A stretch of DNA of 64,000 bases from the NCBI GenBank assembly GCA_027008645.1, contig JALVEE010000121.1, positions 6,740 through 70,739 of the forward strand, in the 5' to 3' direction. Of this stretch, positions 19,342 to 30,217 are shown piece by piece. The translations under genes were made by a program, and so were the position numbers. This DNA comes from Saprospiraceae bacterium. Its GTDB lineage: Bacteria > Bacteroidota > Bacteroidia > Chitinophagales > Saprospiraceae. The first letter of the stretch is position 1. Every line of letters begins with the position of its first letter. The notes under the pieces are model-generated. The model made no database searches, was not told where the DNA came from, and worked only from the letters and a program-made list of their open reading frames with translations.

Positions 19342-19471
19342 AACCGTATAAATAAAATTAGTCTTGAATTTTGCCGGCTTACAGGCGTAATCAACGTAGT
19401 ATTTCATCGGGGGTTGCTACTTCCCCCTATAATTTTTCTTCACCTCAATCTTTTTGACTAAGTTTGCGCTG

Positions 19472-20686
19472 ATGAAACTTGCTTTTGACATAGCCCGGCG
19501 ATATTTATTTGGAAAAAAGACGATAAATGCTATAAATATAATTACAGGTATTTCTGTATTTGGTATTTCTATTGGTGCAGCTGCATTGGTATTGATTTTA
19601 TCGGTTTTTAACGGGTTTGAGGAACTTATTGGCGACCATTTCAATGCATTTAACCCCGAGATAAAAATCACTCCCAAAAAAGGTAAATTTTTTAAAATCG
19701 ACAGCAATATTCTCAAGAAACTAAATGGTATTGATGAGATATCAGATTACTCCTTGACGGTAGAAGAGGTCGCTTATTTTATCTATGGCAATAGTCAATC
19801 CTTTGGGCTGATCAAAGGAGTTGATGATAAATTCAATATCGTCAATAATATAGACACAGCCATAGTTGCCGGAGAGTATTTGTTGGAAAAACAGGGTATG
19901 AATTATGGTGTTATCGGTAATGGACTTGCCGGCAAAATGGGAGTCAATGTATCTGACAAAATCACTCCAATCAGTATCAATGTTCTGAACAAAAAGACAA
20001 CCGGTTCTAAAAGAGGAGAAGTTTTCCCTTCGGGCAAATTTGCTATTCTCAGCCAATCGGATTTGGAATATGTGCTAATATCTCTGGATTTGGCTCAATA
20101 CTTAATAGGAAATACCAAGGGAAAAAATGCCGATAAATATTCTGCAATTGAGATAAAAACCAAGGGAGATGTGGATTTGGTTCAAGAAAAATTGAAAAAA
20201 TCATTGGGAGATGCTTATTATATTAAAAACCGTAAAGAGCAAGATTCGGAATTGATGAAAATAATGAATATGGAGAAATGGATAGCTTATGTTATCGTTT
20301 CATTATCATTATTTTTGATTGCAATCAATCTGATTGGTAGCCTTTGGATGATAGTATTGGATAAGAAAAAGGATATTGCAATGTTGCAATCAATGGGGGC
20401 AAATAAGAGTATGATCAAGCAGATATTTTTGTATGTAGGGATGCTTATCTCCGGTTTTGGACTTATTATAGGTTTTATTATCGCCTTGATATTTTATTTT
20501 GCACAAAAGAATTTTGATCTGATAGGTATCCCGGAGGGAGCAACAATTATCGATGCCTATCCCGTGCAATTGCGTTTTGTAGATTTCATCATTGTCTCTA
20601 TAACAGTCTTGCTGATTGGTTTTTTGATTTCACTGTTACCCGCCAGAAAAGCAGGACAAATATCGGCATTTATTAGAGAGGAATAA
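19472..20686 (+). CDS. LolC/LolE-type ABC transporter permease (FtsX/MacB fold)
   Basis: MKLAFDIARRYLFGKK...ISVFGISIGAAALVLILSVFNGFEELI is the canonical LolE N-terminus. It is followed by a large periplasmic domain and a C-terminal FtsX 3-TM bundle. ATG 19472 is preferred over TTG 19454. Confidence 0.85.
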   Translation: MKLAFDIARRYLFGKKTINAINIITGISVFGISIGAAALVLILSVFNGFEELIGDHFNAFNPEIKITPKKGKFFKIDSNILKKLNGIDEISDYSLTVEEVAYFIYGNSQSFGLIKGVDDKFNIVNNIDTAIVAGEYLLEKQGMNYGVIGNGLAGKMGVNVSDKITPISINVLNKKTTGSKRGEVFPSGKFAILSQSDLEYVLISLDLAQYLIGNTKGKNADKYSAIEIKTKGDVDLVQEKLKKSLGDAYYIKNRKEQDSELMKIMNMEKWIAYVIVSLSLFLIAINLIGSLWMIVLDKKKDIAMLQSMGANKSMIKQIFLYVGMLISGFGLIIGFIIALIFYFAQKNFDLIGIPEGATIIDAYPVQLRFVDFIIVSITVLLIGFLISLLPARKAGQISAFIREE

Positions 20687-20691
20687 AGACA

Positions 20692-21642
20692 TTATTTTTC
20701 TTCATACCAACCAAGGTTAAATAGAGCATCACCCATATTTACTATCGGCGCGTTATTGTGTCCAAGAATATAAGCATTTCTATTTGAGTGGATATTTTTT
20801 GATTGTTCACCCATAATATCTTTTATCATTCCTATCAATTCCTTATTGTCCACTTGATACCCGGATTTTTTCAAACTCCTGAACAAGCCGGATTCTCTAG
20901 CTCTAATCCAAGACGTTTTATTTATTTTAATCGCAGGGTTTGTATCTTGTGTTTTTTCCGGTTCAATCATATCAAAATGGAGCAGGATGTTTTTTATTCC
21001 GGCAAGTCCCTTCTCTATTGCAAAATCATCAAGTCTTTTTGATTCTCCACCTTCATAAACAATGATAGGAACTCCCATATCGTGAGCAGCTTTACGAAGT
21101 GATTTTTTTATCATCGGCTTTTCAATCATAAAAGGTGCATTGAATACTTCTGCCAATGTCTTTGATTCTCTAACTCCTTTGGAATATCTTATCTGGGGAT
21201 AATTGTATCTTGAATCACCTCCTGTATGAAAATCTATCCCGAAATCAACGTAAGGCAAAATGAATTTTGTCAATTTTCTTGCAACTCTTGATGCTAAAGA
21301 CCCGGTATTTACTCCTGGGAAACTCCTGTTTACGTCTTTACCATCCGGCACTTCCCTACTGAAATTGATAAATCCGTAAACATTCAGAAGTGGAATAGCA
21401 ATAACGGTTCCTGATTTTAAATCTTCGTAATACTCTTGTTCTATTGATCTACGGATTATCTCTACCCCATTGATTTCATCACCGTGTATTCCACCCAATA
21501 TGAGTATGGTTTTACCCTTTTTCTTAGCTCTATAAACGTTGGCAAAAATATTGATATGAGTACCCGAAGGTAATTTTCCAACCCTGATTTTTATTTTTTT
21601 ATTTTCTCCCGGTCGAATTTCATTTCCGTTAATCTCCATCAT
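20692..21642 (-). CDS. Succinylglutamate desuccinylase/aspartoacylase (AstE/AspA) family zinc deacylase
   Basis: ILGGIHGDEINGVEI (H-x-x-E zinc site), FHTGG and the overall length match the AstE/AspA family. Its start overlaps the rimK stop by 4 nt. Confidence 0.8.
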   Translation of the reverse strand: MMEINGNEIRPGENKKIKIRVGKLPSGTHINIFANVYRAKKKGKTILILGGIHGDEINGVEIIRRSIEQEYYEDLKSGTVIAIPLLNVYGFINFSREVPDGKDVNRSFPGVNTGSLASRVARKLTKFILPYVDFGIDFHTGGDSRYNYPQIRYSKGVRESKTLAEVFNAPFMIEKPMIKKSLRKAAHDMGVPIIVYEGGESKRLDDFAIEKGLAGIKNILLHFDMIEPEKTQDTNPAIKINKTSWIRARESGLFRSLKKSGYQVDNKELIGMIKDIMGEQSKNIHSNRNAYILGHNNAPIVNMGDALFNLGWYEEK

Positions 21643-22523
21643 AATCTAAACTTTGAGTCTCTTTCTACCAATGAAATAATTGAACGTGCGATATTGACGT
21701 TTGTTGTGGTTTCTATTCCTTCAAGTCCGGGAGATGCATTTACTTCTATCACCACAGAGCCTTTATTTGACCTGAGAATATCGACACCCGCAACTTGAAG
21801 TCCCAGTATTCTGGCAGATTTTTTTGCAATCGACACCTCTTCATTAGTCAATCTTATACTCTCTGAACTTCCTCCCCTGTGCAAATTGGATCTAAACTCT
21901 CCTTCGACAGCTCTTCGCTCCATAGCTGCCACTACTTTTCCTCCTACCACAAAAGCTCTGATATCGGTTCCCGAGGACTCTTTAATAAACTCTTGGACCA
22001 ATACCTTATGTTTAAGATTGAGAAATGCTTCCAACAATGTTGCGCTAACTTTTGGAGTATCGGACTTGATTACTCCTTCACCATGAGTACTGCTCAATAA
22101 CTTTATTATCACAGGGTGCTCTTGAAATAATTCAAGGAAAATATCCAAATCTTCCGTGTAGTTTGTAGTAGCTGTATTTGGAATAGGAATACCGTTTTTT
22201 GCCAAAATCTGTAAACAGGTAAATTTATTTCTTGCTTTCTGCAAGCTATCAGGTCTCAACACACTATAAACTCCCATATTTTCAAAATGTCTGATTACAT
22301 AAGAGCCGTATTCTGTAGCAGTTGCTCCAATTCTGGGTATTATGGCGTGAATACCTTGAAGTTCGTAACCATTGTAAAAGACTTTTGATTTTCCATCCTT
22401 TATTAAAAGGTCACAGTACATATGATCAATTATTTGAACAAAATGACCTCTCATCACAGCTGCTCTGTACAAACTTTGAGTGCTATATAGCGCAGCGCCC
22501 CTTGACAATATTATAATATTCAT
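21639..22523 (-). CDS. rimK: RimK-family ATP-grasp alpha-L-glutamate ligase
   Basis: MNIIILSRGAALYSTQSLYRAA..., ATP-grasp motifs (VIIKLLSSTHGEGV, VQEFIKESSGTDIRAFVVGG, GVDILRSNKGSVVIEVNASPGLEGIE). ~294 aa. Confidence 0.85.
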   Translation of the reverse strand: MNIIILSRGAALYSTQSLYRAAVMRGHFVQIIDHMYCDLLIKDGKSKVFYNGYELQGIHAIIPRIGATATEYGSYVIRHFENMGVYSVLRPDSLQKARNKFTCLQILAKNGIPIPNTATTNYTEDLDIFLELFQEHPVIIKLLSSTHGEGVIKSDTPKVSATLLEAFLNLKHKVLVQEFIKESSGTDIRAFVVGGKVVAAMERRAVEGEFRSNLHRGGSSESIRLTNEEVSIAKKSARILGLQVAGVDILRSNKGSVVIEVNASPGLEGIETTTNVNIARSIISLVERDSKFRL

Positions 22524-22654
22524 CTGCTATTTAATCTAAAATTTAATTGTTTTGACAGCAAGATATCAATAATCATCCAGAAAAGAATATTTATAAATAA
22601 AAAATATTTATTTTGCAGACTATTTAACAGTTTTATTTGAAGAAAAATCGACTA

Positions 22655-23944
22655 ATGGTACTTAATGATAAAAAAACTATAAACGGCTGGGCATTGTATG
22701 ACTGGGCTAATTCCGCATATTTTTTGGTGATATCCACAGCTATTTTTCCGGCATATTTTTTAGCCCAAACCAGCAGTAAAATAAGTATTTTCGGAATGGA
22801 GTTGACCAATAGTTCCGTGTTTTCGTATGCGGTGTCACTGTCATATCTTGTAATAGTGATTTTATCACCAATATTATCCGGAATCTCTGATTATAGTGGA
22901 AAAAGAATGTTCTTTTTGAAGCTTTTTACTTATTTAGGATCTATTTCGTGTATAGCATTATCTTTTTTCTCAGGTGACTCTGATGTATGGATTGGTATAT
23001 CTGCATTTATGCTTGCGACAATTGGAGCATCAGGAGGAATAGTCTTTTACAATGCGTATTTACCCGAAATAGCTACTGAAGACAAATATGATGAAGTGAG
23101 TGCAAGAGGCTTTGCTTTTGGATATATAGGAAGCGTTCTTTTATTGGTATTTATACTATTTATGTCGTTAAAACCCCTGATTTTTGGAATACCCGAAGGC
23201 ACAACCATACCCTATAGACTTGGATTTGCATTGGTAGGAATTTGGTGGATTGGGTTTGCACAAATCACCTTCAGAAGATTACCTAAGGATAAAAGAACGG
23301 GATTTAGCGGCAAGGTAATTTCGAAAGGAATCGAAGAAATAAAAAAAGTATTCACAAAAGTAAGATCAAATCCGCATCTTCTATTGTTTTTGGCTGCATT
23401 TTTCTTTTATAGTGCAGGGGTTCAGACAGTGGTTTACTTGGCATCCATCTTTGCTAAACAGGAATTGATGTTCTCAACCGATGAATTGATAATCGTAATA
23501 CTGATACTACAATTAGTAGCAATAATCGGTGCTTATTTATTTGCAATTTTTTCAAAGAAACTTGGCAATAAACTGTCTTTGATAATTCAGGTTATTATTT
23601 GGGCAATCATCGCGATTGTTGCATATATGGTACAGAGCAAATTGCAGTTCTACATACTTGCAGGAATGGTTGGAATGGTATTGGGAGGAATTCAATCCCA
23701 ATCGAGATCAGCTTATTCTAAAATTGTAGAATCACAAAAGAATGATTTGACTTCCTATTTTAGCTTCTATGATATAGTATTCAAAATATCCATAGTAGTC
23801 GGTACTTTTGCTTTTGGTATAGTCAATGAGATCACCGGAGATTTGCGAAAAAGTGTTTTGTCTCTGGCTTTCTTTTTTGTACTGGGATTGGTACTATTAT
23901 TGGTCACTAATTTTAGAAAAGCTGAAGAAGGAGTAAAATTATAA
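22655..23944 (+). CDS. MFS transporter, UMF1/Atg22-like family
   Basis: GWALYDWANSAYFLVISTAIFPAYF is the signature opening of UMF1 transporters, and there are ~12 TM segments. The start is ambiguous between TTG 22637 and ATG 22655. Confidence 0.75.
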   Translation: MVLNDKKTINGWALYDWANSAYFLVISTAIFPAYFLAQTSSKISIFGMELTNSSVFSYAVSLSYLVIVILSPILSGISDYSGKRMFFLKLFTYLGSISCIALSFFSGDSDVWIGISAFMLATIGASGGIVFYNAYLPEIATEDKYDEVSARGFAFGYIGSVLLLVFILFMSLKPLIFGIPEGTTIPYRLGFALVGIWWIGFAQITFRRLPKDKRTGFSGKVISKGIEEIKKVFTKVRSNPHLLLFLAAFFFYSAGVQTVVYLASIFAKQELMFSTDELIIVILILQLVAIIGAYLFAIFSKKLGNKLSLIIQVIIWAIIAIVAYMVQSKLQFYILAGMVGMVLGGIQSQSRSAYSKIVESQKNDLTSYFSFYDIVFKISIVVGTFAFGIVNEITGDLRKSVLSLAFFFVLGLVLLLVTNFRKAEEGVKL

Positions 23945-23955
23945 TTATTAGTATT

Positions 23956-24897
23956 ATGGAATACAATCCGGTTTTACCTTTCAGAAATGCTCATTTCAAT
24001 ACTATATATCGCAAGGCATTTACCAATCCTGTTGTAGAATTTAGCAGAAAAAGATTGATAACTCCTGATAATGATTTTTTGGACTTGGATTTCTCAAAAG
24101 TAAATTCCAATATAATTATTATCATCGTTCACGGTTTGGAAGGAAGTTCGAAGTCCAAATATGTTTTATCAAATACCAAATACTTCAATAGAAGTGGATA
24201 TGATGTTTGCGCTATGAATATGAGAGGATGTAGTGGTGAACCAAACTCTCTTTACAGCTCATATCACAGTGGTAAAACCGATGATTTGAGCCTTATCATC
24301 GATGAAATATCCGGACAATATGAAGATATTTATTTATTGGGATATAGTCTTGGAGGCAATATTGTTTTGAAATATACCGGCGAAAATAGTGGGGTTTTGA
24401 ATAATAAAATTAGGAAATCGATTGGAATATCCGTTCCGGTAGATTTGAAGAGTGCTGCTGTTGAATTGGCGAAAAAGAAAAACTATATCTACAATTATAT
24501 GTTTATGAAAGAGATGAAAGAAAAGTTGAGATCGAGGGTAAAAAAATTCGGAGTTGATATTAGCTTAGAGGAAATAAACAGGATTAAAAATTTTAATGAA
24601 TTTGACAATATTTACACTTCGGTTGCCCATGGATTTAAAGATGCCAAAGATTATTGGAAAAAGAACTCCAGTAAACAGTTTTTGGAACATATAAAAATAC
24701 CGGCTTTATTGCTCAATGCAGCCGATGATACTTTTCTGGGAGAAAATTGCTATCCATTTGCAGAAGCTAAAAATAATAGATTTCTTATATTGGAAGTTCC
24801 AAAATATGGAGGACATGTTGGGTTCAATGTGTCTTTTAAGCCCGAGAAAAATCATTGGTTAGAAAAACGAATTTTAAATTTTATAGAAAATGAGTAA
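23956..24897 (+). CDS. Alpha/beta-fold hydrolase (YheT-type)
   Basis: HGLEGSS oxyanion region, nucleophile elbow LLGYSLGGNIV, C-terminal DD and GGHVGF catalytic residues. ~313 aa. Confidence 0.8.
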   Translation: MEYNPVLPFRNAHFNTIYRKAFTNPVVEFSRKRLITPDNDFLDLDFSKVNSNIIIIIVHGLEGSSKSKYVLSNTKYFNRSGYDVCAMNMRGCSGEPNSLYSSYHSGKTDDLSLIIDEISGQYEDIYLLGYSLGGNIVLKYTGENSGVLNNKIRKSIGISVPVDLKSAAVELAKKKNYIYNYMFMKEMKEKLRSRVKKFGVDISLEEINRIKNFNEFDNIYTSVAHGFKDAKDYWKKNSSKQFLEHIKIPALLLNAADDTFLGENCYPFAEAKNNRFLILEVPKYGGHVGFNVSFKPEKNHWLEKRILNFIENE

Positions 24898-25070
24898 TCT
24901 CAATATCCAAAGCATTATAAAAACAGAACACGGATGACACTGATTGAACTGATTTTCACAGATTTATTCAAATTATCATCTTTACTTCAACTATACGATA
25001 TTATTCATTGTCAGCATGTTATTTCATTTTATCGCTTTTTTACAAAAAATGTTGCTGAGAAGGGCAGTGC

Positions 25071-25529
25071 CTATTCTCCCGCCGAATCTATATAAAATTT
25101 GATTGCCTTTACCCCTTCAAGAGAATCTTTTCTGGTAAATTGTTCGATTTTTATCGAATGTTTTCCCGGTTTATCAAACTTAAAAGACTTCCTTAACAGT
25201 GTATTAAAGGAATAAATATCACCGCTTTTCTTACCGTACCAAATACCGTAAGGGTTTGACAAATTGATACTGACTATATCTGTATCTTTTTTCTCCTTAA
25301 AATCATCTGTAATCCGCAAATAGATATTTTCATAGGGATAATCACCGGTGTGTTCCAATCCGAAATAAATATCATATGGCACATTTCGTTCTACATCGAA
25401 ACTCGCATTAAAGAAATCTGCATATAACCAGATATTATTGTCAGGCAAATCTTTTTCCACGAAAACCACGTGATTATTCCCGCAAGAAAACAACAGTAAT
25501 AACAACAATAATGGCAAATATTTCATCAT
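25071..25529 (-). CDS. gldH: Gliding-motility / T9SS-associated lipoprotein GldH
   Basis: Lipobox LLLFSCG, ~150 aa, and GldH-like conserved spacing (W...F.F, DYPYENIYLRI, ...IEQFTRKDSLEGVKAI). It starts 6 nt after the nqrF stop on the same strand. Confidence 0.6.
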   Translation of the reverse strand: MMKYLPLLLLLLLFSCGNNHVVFVEKDLPDNNIWLYADFFNASFDVERNVPYDIYFGLEHTGDYPYENIYLRITDDFKEKKDTDIVSINLSNPYGIWYGKKSGDIYSFNTLLRKSFKFDKPGKHSIKIEQFTRKDSLEGVKAIKFYIDSAGE

Positions 25530-25535
25530 TTGCTT

Positions 25536-26858
25536 TTAACCGAAATCATCAAAGTATATTTGTTCTTTTGGCACTCCCAAATCATCCAAAGTCTTCATTA
25601 TAGAAGCTGCCATTGCAGGAGGTCCACAGTAGTAGTATTCGCATTCTTCCGGTTCGGGATGATCTTTCAGGTATTGTTCATAAAGTACATTCATAATATA
25701 TCCTTTGAAGCCATCTCCCGGTGCATCGATATTTTCTTTTATTTTCCAATTATCTTCAGGCAACGGATTATCAAGAGCTACGAAAAATCTAAAATTGTCA
25801 AATTCTTTTTCTATCTCCCTAAATTCTTCGATATAAAATAATTCTCTTCTTGTACGTCCACCATACCAATAAGACACCTTGCGTTTACGCTGTTTTTCAG
25901 TATGGAACATATGGAATATATGTGAGCGCAAAGGAGCCATTCCGGCACCCCCACCAATATAAATCATTTCACGATCGGAATTTTCATTGATAAAAAATTC
26001 TCCATAAGGTCCTGAAATAACAACTTTATCTCCGGGTTTTTGGTCAAATACATATGAAGAGCATACTCCGGGATTGATATCCATCCAATTGTTTTTCTCC
26101 CTATCCCAAGGTGGAGCAGCTATACGTATATTAAGCATAATGATATCGCCTTCTGCCGGGTGACTTGCCATTGAGTAGGCACGGAATTGTGGTTCTTCAT
26201 TTATCATTTTCAAGCCCCACATCTTGAATTTATCCCATTCTCCTTTGAAAGTGTTAGGATCTTTGTGATATTTTGGATGTGCTGTAATATCAAAATCTTT
26301 GAATTCTACTTTAAGCGGTGCAGGTACATCGATTTGGATATATCCGCCGGCTTTGAAATCCAAATGCTCGCCTTCAGGTAATTTCACTACAAATTCCTTG
26401 ATAAATGAAGCTACATTGTAGTTTGAAATCACCTCACATTCCATTTTCTTAATTCCAAAAATTTCTTCAGGAATTCTTATTTTTATATCATCACGCACTT
26501 TAACTTGGCAGGCTAATCTTACTCCTTCATTAGCTTCTTTTCTACTCAAATGGTTCATTTCGGTAGGTAATACATCTCCTCCCCCCTCTTCTACTTTGCA
26601 TTTGCACATAGCACAAGTTCCACCACCACCGCAAGCACTGGGCAGAAATATATTATTATCAGCCAATGTGCTTAAAAGTGATGAGCCCGGATCTACTTCC
26701 TTTGCTTCATCCACTTTGCCATTGATTATCAACTTAACTTTACCTTGTGGTAAAAGTTTTTTTCTTGCAAACAAAAGCATAATTGATAGTAATAAAATAA
26801 TGACTACAAATACTACTACCGATGTTATAATAAAATTAAAATCTATTGCTAATACCAT
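25536..26858 (-). CDS. nqrF: Na+-translocating NADH:quinone oxidoreductase subunit F
   Basis: N-terminal TM helix, 2Fe-2S ferredoxin motif [15 protein letters not shown] site RAYSMAS and NADH site GGGAGMAP. Confidence 0.97.
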   Translation of the reverse strand: MVLAIDFNFIITSVVVFVVIILLLSIMLLFARKKLLPQGKVKLIINGKVDEAKEVDPGSSLLSTLADNNIFLPSACGGGGTCAMCKCKVEEGGGDVLPTEMNHLSRKEANEGVRLACQVKVRDDIKIRIPEEIFGIKKMECEVISNYNVASFIKEFVVKLPEGEHLDFKAGGYIQIDVPAPLKVEFKDFDITAHPKYHKDPNTFKGEWDKFKMWGLKMINEEPQFRAYSMASHPAEGDIIMLNIRIAAPPWDREKNNWMDINPGVCSSYVFDQKPGDKVVISGPYGEFFINENSDREMIYIGGGAGMAPLRSHIFHMFHTEKQRKRKVSYWYGGRTRRELFYIEEFREIEKEFDNFRFFVALDNPLPEDNWKIKENIDAPGDGFKGYIMNVLYEQYLKDHPEPEECEYYYCGPPAMAASIMKTLDDLGVPKEQIYFDDFG

Positions 26859-26870
26859 TATATTAATTTT

Positions 26871-27485
26871 TTATTTGCCACTAAAAAAGATAGCAGGATC
26901 AATTCCCATAAGACCCATAAATGCCATTCCCATTAAACCTGTTATGATAAATGCTATACCCAATCCTCTAAGAGGTGCAGGAATATTTGAATACTTCAAT
27001 TTTTCTCTAATCGCCGCTATGGCTATAATCGCAAGAAACCAACCAAAACCGCCTCCTAAACCAAATGCCACACTTTCAGAGAAATTGTATTCTCTGGAAA
27101 TCATAAACAATGATGCTCCCAAAATCGCACAATTCACAGTAATCAGCGGCAAAAATATACCCAAGGAATTATAAAGTGCCGGCGATACTTTCTCGATAAC
27201 CATTTCAACCAATTGCACCATTGATGCAATAACCGCAATAAATAATATAAACCTCAAAAAGGTCAAATCCATCCCCAATAAACCGCCTTCAGACAAAATA
27301 TAGTGATTAATCAACCAGTTTATCGGAACTGTAATTCCTAACACAAATATTACTGCCAATCCCAATCCCATAGCTGTTTTTACGGATTTGGATACAGCCA
27401 AATACGAACACATACCGAGAAAATATGACAAAACCAAGTTCTCGACAAATGCTGACTTTATAAATATATTCAAAAAATCTTCCAT
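26871..27485 (-). CDS. nqrE: Na+-translocating NADH:quinone oxidoreductase subunit E
   Basis: ~200-aa six-TM protein. [21 protein letters not shown] and ITVNCAILG are typical of NqrE/RnfA, and its position in the operon fits. Confidence 0.95.
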   Translation of the reverse strand: MEDFLNIFIKSAFVENLVLSYFLGMCSYLAVSKSVKTAMGLGLAVIFVLGITVPINWLINHYILSEGGLLGMDLTFLRFILFIAVIASMVQLVEMVIEKVSPALYNSLGIFLPLITVNCAILGASLFMISREYNFSESVAFGLGGGFGWFLAIIAIAAIREKLKYSNIPAPLRGLGIAFIITGLMGMAFMGLMGIDPAIFFSGK

Positions 27486-27506
27486 CTTTATATTTTTTTA
27501 CTTTAT

Positions 27507-28214
27507 CTAAGAAATATCGACCAATTTTGAGTTTTTGCTTCTTTGATACCAAATAATCAAACCCATTATAAATAGAGCCGCTGCAGGCAAAACCATCAGA
27601 TTGTTATTGACATACCAACCGAAATATGGATTTGTAGTAGTATCAATCCAAAAATCCGAACTGGCACCTATTATCTTCATTTCCAAAGGAGTCCCGGAGA
27701 GAAGTGTCCCCCTACCAAATAATTCTCTAATAAATGAAATTATTATGAGTATAATTCCATATCCCAAACCATTCCCAATACCGTCAAGAAATGATTGCCA
27801 AGGTTTATTTGCCATAGCAAATGCCTCCAATCTTCCCATCACTATACAGTTGGTTATAATCAATCCGATAAATACTGACAATTGCTTATACACAGGATAA
27901 CTGTAAGCTTTTAATGTCAATTCTACTATTGTCACCAAAAAAGCGATTACTACCAATTGTACAATCATCCTGACTTGCTTTGGTATATAATTTCTCAACA
28001 ATGATATAGTCAGATTTGAAAATGCTATCACAAATGTAACCGCGATTGCCATCACTATTGAGGGCAGCAACATCGAAGTCACAGCGAGTGCCGAACATAT
28101 TCCCAGTACCTGAACCGTAACCGGATTATTGTCATTTAATGGATCAAAAAGCAATTTCCTTTCCTTTTTAGTCATAGGAAACAATGCTTTTTTGCTTTCT
28201 TTTACTTCAGCCAT
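27507..28214 (-). CDS. nqrD: Na+-translocating NADH:quinone oxidoreductase subunit D
   Basis: DPLNDNNPVTVQVLGICSALAVT and LIITNCIVMGRLEAFA are typical of NqrD/RnfE, and its position in the operon fits. Confidence 0.95.
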   Translation of the reverse strand: MAEVKESKKALFPMTKKERKLLFDPLNDNNPVTVQVLGICSALAVTSMLLPSIVMAIAVTFVIAFSNLTISLLRNYIPKQVRMIVQLVVIAFLVTIVELTLKAYSYPVYKQLSVFIGLIITNCIVMGRLEAFAMANKPWQSFLDGIGNGLGYGIILIIISFIRELFGRGTLLSGTPLEMKIIGASSDFWIDTTTNPYFGWYVNNNLMVLPAAALFIMGLIIWYQRSKNSKLVDIS

Positions 28215-28224
28215 TTTTTATATT

Positions 28225-28968
28225 TTATTTAGTTTTTTTCAAAAATTCATAATAATTTTCAAGGCTCGTTTTAAGCATATCTGTTATTCCGTCAGATGTC
28301 AATGTCGCTCCGGATATAGCATCTACATCGTGTTCTTTGTCAACAGCACCTCCTTTGCGCACATTGATTGACACCAATTTTCCTGAGTTATCAAATATCT
28401 TTTTGCCTTTGAATTGCGCTCTAAACTTGGGATTATCTTTCATTTCCGCTCCCATACCGGGTGTTTCCCCTTTATGGTCAAAACTCGCTCCGACTATAGT
28501 ATTTTTGTCTGAATCAAGGGCTAGATAACCGCTAATCTCATCCCACAGACCTTTACCGAATAACCTCAAGATGTAAATATCTTTTCCGCTTTTATCCTTA
28601 AATGTGTATAGGGGCAAAAATCTCTTGTCTTTGGGTTTTCTCATCTCAACTTTCATATCGATATTTTCAGCTTTCCCACCTTTGTAACCGTTTTTTATCA
28701 TATCTTCTTCGCTCACGATATTACCTTTTGTATCCAAAACAGATTGCTTTACATTTTTTGTAAAAATATCCATTATTTCAGCATCGTCAAGTGAAGCCAC
28801 ATCTTTACCCAACTTGTCTTGTATAGCAGCTAAAACAGCTCTTTTCTCAAAGAGAAGTTCATTTTGCTTGTGTTTATCTTTTAGACCTGTGTACATCAAT
28901 GACAGAACCAACGCAACGAAAGCTGTCAACAATGCAGTAAATCCTATTATGTATTTTGAACTATTCAC
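28225..28968 (-). CDS. nqrC: Na+-translocating NADH:quinone oxidoreductase subunit C (FMN-binding)
   Basis: Single N-terminal TM helix and the covalent-FMN motif DAISGATLTS. It overlaps the nqrB stop by 8 nt. Confidence 0.95.
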   Translation of the reverse strand: MNSSKYIIGFTALLTAFVALVLSLMYTGLKDKHKQNELLFEKRAVLAAIQDKLGKDVASLDDAEIMDIFTKNVKQSVLDTKGNIVSEEDMIKNGYKGGKAENIDMKVEMRKPKDKRFLPLYTFKDKSGKDIYILRLFGKGLWDEISGYLALDSDKNTIVGASFDHKGETPGMGAEMKDNPKFRAQFKGKKIFDNSGKLVSINVRKGGAVDKEHDVDAISGATLTSDGITDMLKTSLENYYEFLKKTK

Positions 28969-30217
28969 TTTTTAAACGTTTTTTGATGTGTTTTGAAATA
29001 ATAAAATGATCGATTAATGGTGCAAATGAATTCATAAATAGAATTGCTAGCATCCATCCTTCGGGATACGCAGGATTGATTACCCTGATTAACATCCCTA
29101 TTACACCAATCATAAATCCATATATCCACTTACCTCTGAAAGTACTCGATGCAGTAACCGGATCGGTAGCCATAAAAAATATAGCCAAAACAGCTCCACC
29201 GATATAAAAATGATAATACCAAGGAATAGTCATCAATGGAGTAGCTCCCCACAAATTGAATAAGAATCCTGATAAAACAATACCCAATATAGCACTGAAA
29301 GTAATTCTCCAATCAGCTATCCCGGTCAATAGTATCAACAATCCCCCTATGAGCAATAAAGGTTTTGAAGTCTCTCCAATTGAACCCGGTATCGTGCCCC
29401 AAAGCATATCTTTGGTAGAATAAACCTGTGTCACGGCATCCCAACCTCCGTCCTTTGCAATCGCCAATGGAGTAGCTCCGGTATAACCGTCAACTATCGC
29501 CCAGTGAGGATTGAATTGGGGAAGCCCTAACCAATCAAAAATTGTATTGAAAAAACCTGTGTGAAACCAACCGTAATCAGGACTTACTCCGGCAGCTAAT
29601 TTATCAAAACCACTTACCCAAACTTCATCTCCGGATATAGCCAAAGGGTATGCAAAAAATACAAAAATCCTCGCTAATAAAGCAACATTCCATATATTCA
29701 TCCCCGTACCACCAAAGACCTCTTTACCCAATACAACAGCAAAAGTGATAGCGATAGCCAAAATCCACAATGGAATATCAGGTGGCATAATCAATGGTAT
29801 CAATGCTCCTGAAACCAAAAAGCCCTCTTCAATACCTTCACCTTTTTTTGAAGCAAAAACAAATTCCCATCCTAAACCGACTACCATTGTCACAACGAAT
29901 ATTGGCAATAGCTTGATGAGTCCATGTGCTATTTTGAGATTCCAGCCTGAAAACAACTCCGTATATTGTCCTAAGGCTAAAAAATGCTGATGCCCTATAT
30001 TGTATATACCGAATATATATGCCGGTATAAGACCGATAACGACAAATGTCATCAATCTCTTTAAGTCCATCCTGTCTTTTATATGAGTACCTACTCCGGA
30101 TGTTACATCTTTTGGCACGAAGAAAAATGTAAAAAAGCTCTCCCACATAGAGTATAGAAGCGGCTTTTTTAATTTATCCGGCTCGATTTTTTTAAAATAT
30201 TTTAATATTCTTTTCAT
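28961..30217 (-). CDS. nqrB: Na+-translocating NADH:quinone oxidoreductase subunit B
   Basis: ~418-aa polytopic protein with NqrB/RnfD motifs (GGTGMNIWNVAL, DGYTGATPLA, FFMATDPVT). Confidence 0.95.
   Translation of the reverse strand: MKRILKYFKKIEPDKLKKPLLYSMWESFFTFFFVPKDVTSGVGTHIKDRMDLKRLMTFVVIGLIPAYIFGIYNIGHQHFLALGQYTELFSGWNLKIAHGLIKLLPIFVVTMVVGLGWEFVFASKKGEGIEEGFLVSGALIPLIMPPDIPLWILAIAITFAVVLGKEVFGGTGMNIWNVALLARIFVFFAYPLAISGDEVWVSGFDKLAAGVSPDYGWFHTGFFNTIFDWLGLPQFNPHWAIVDGYTGATPLAIAKDGGWDAVTQVYSTKDMLWGTIPGSIGETSKPLLLIGGLLILLTGIADWRITFSAILGIVLSGFLFNLWGATPLMTIPWYYHFYIGGAVLAIFFMATDPVTASSTFRGKWIYGFMIGVIGMLIRVINPAYPEGWMLAILFMNSFAPLIDHFIISKHIKKRLKSE

Noticed and set aside
26596-27174. 192-aa plus-strand ORF across the nqrF/nqrE junction
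   Set aside because: It is antisense to two strongly supported nqr genes. Its low-complexity composition (PPPP, IIKL) is typical of antisense frames in AT-rich coding DNA.
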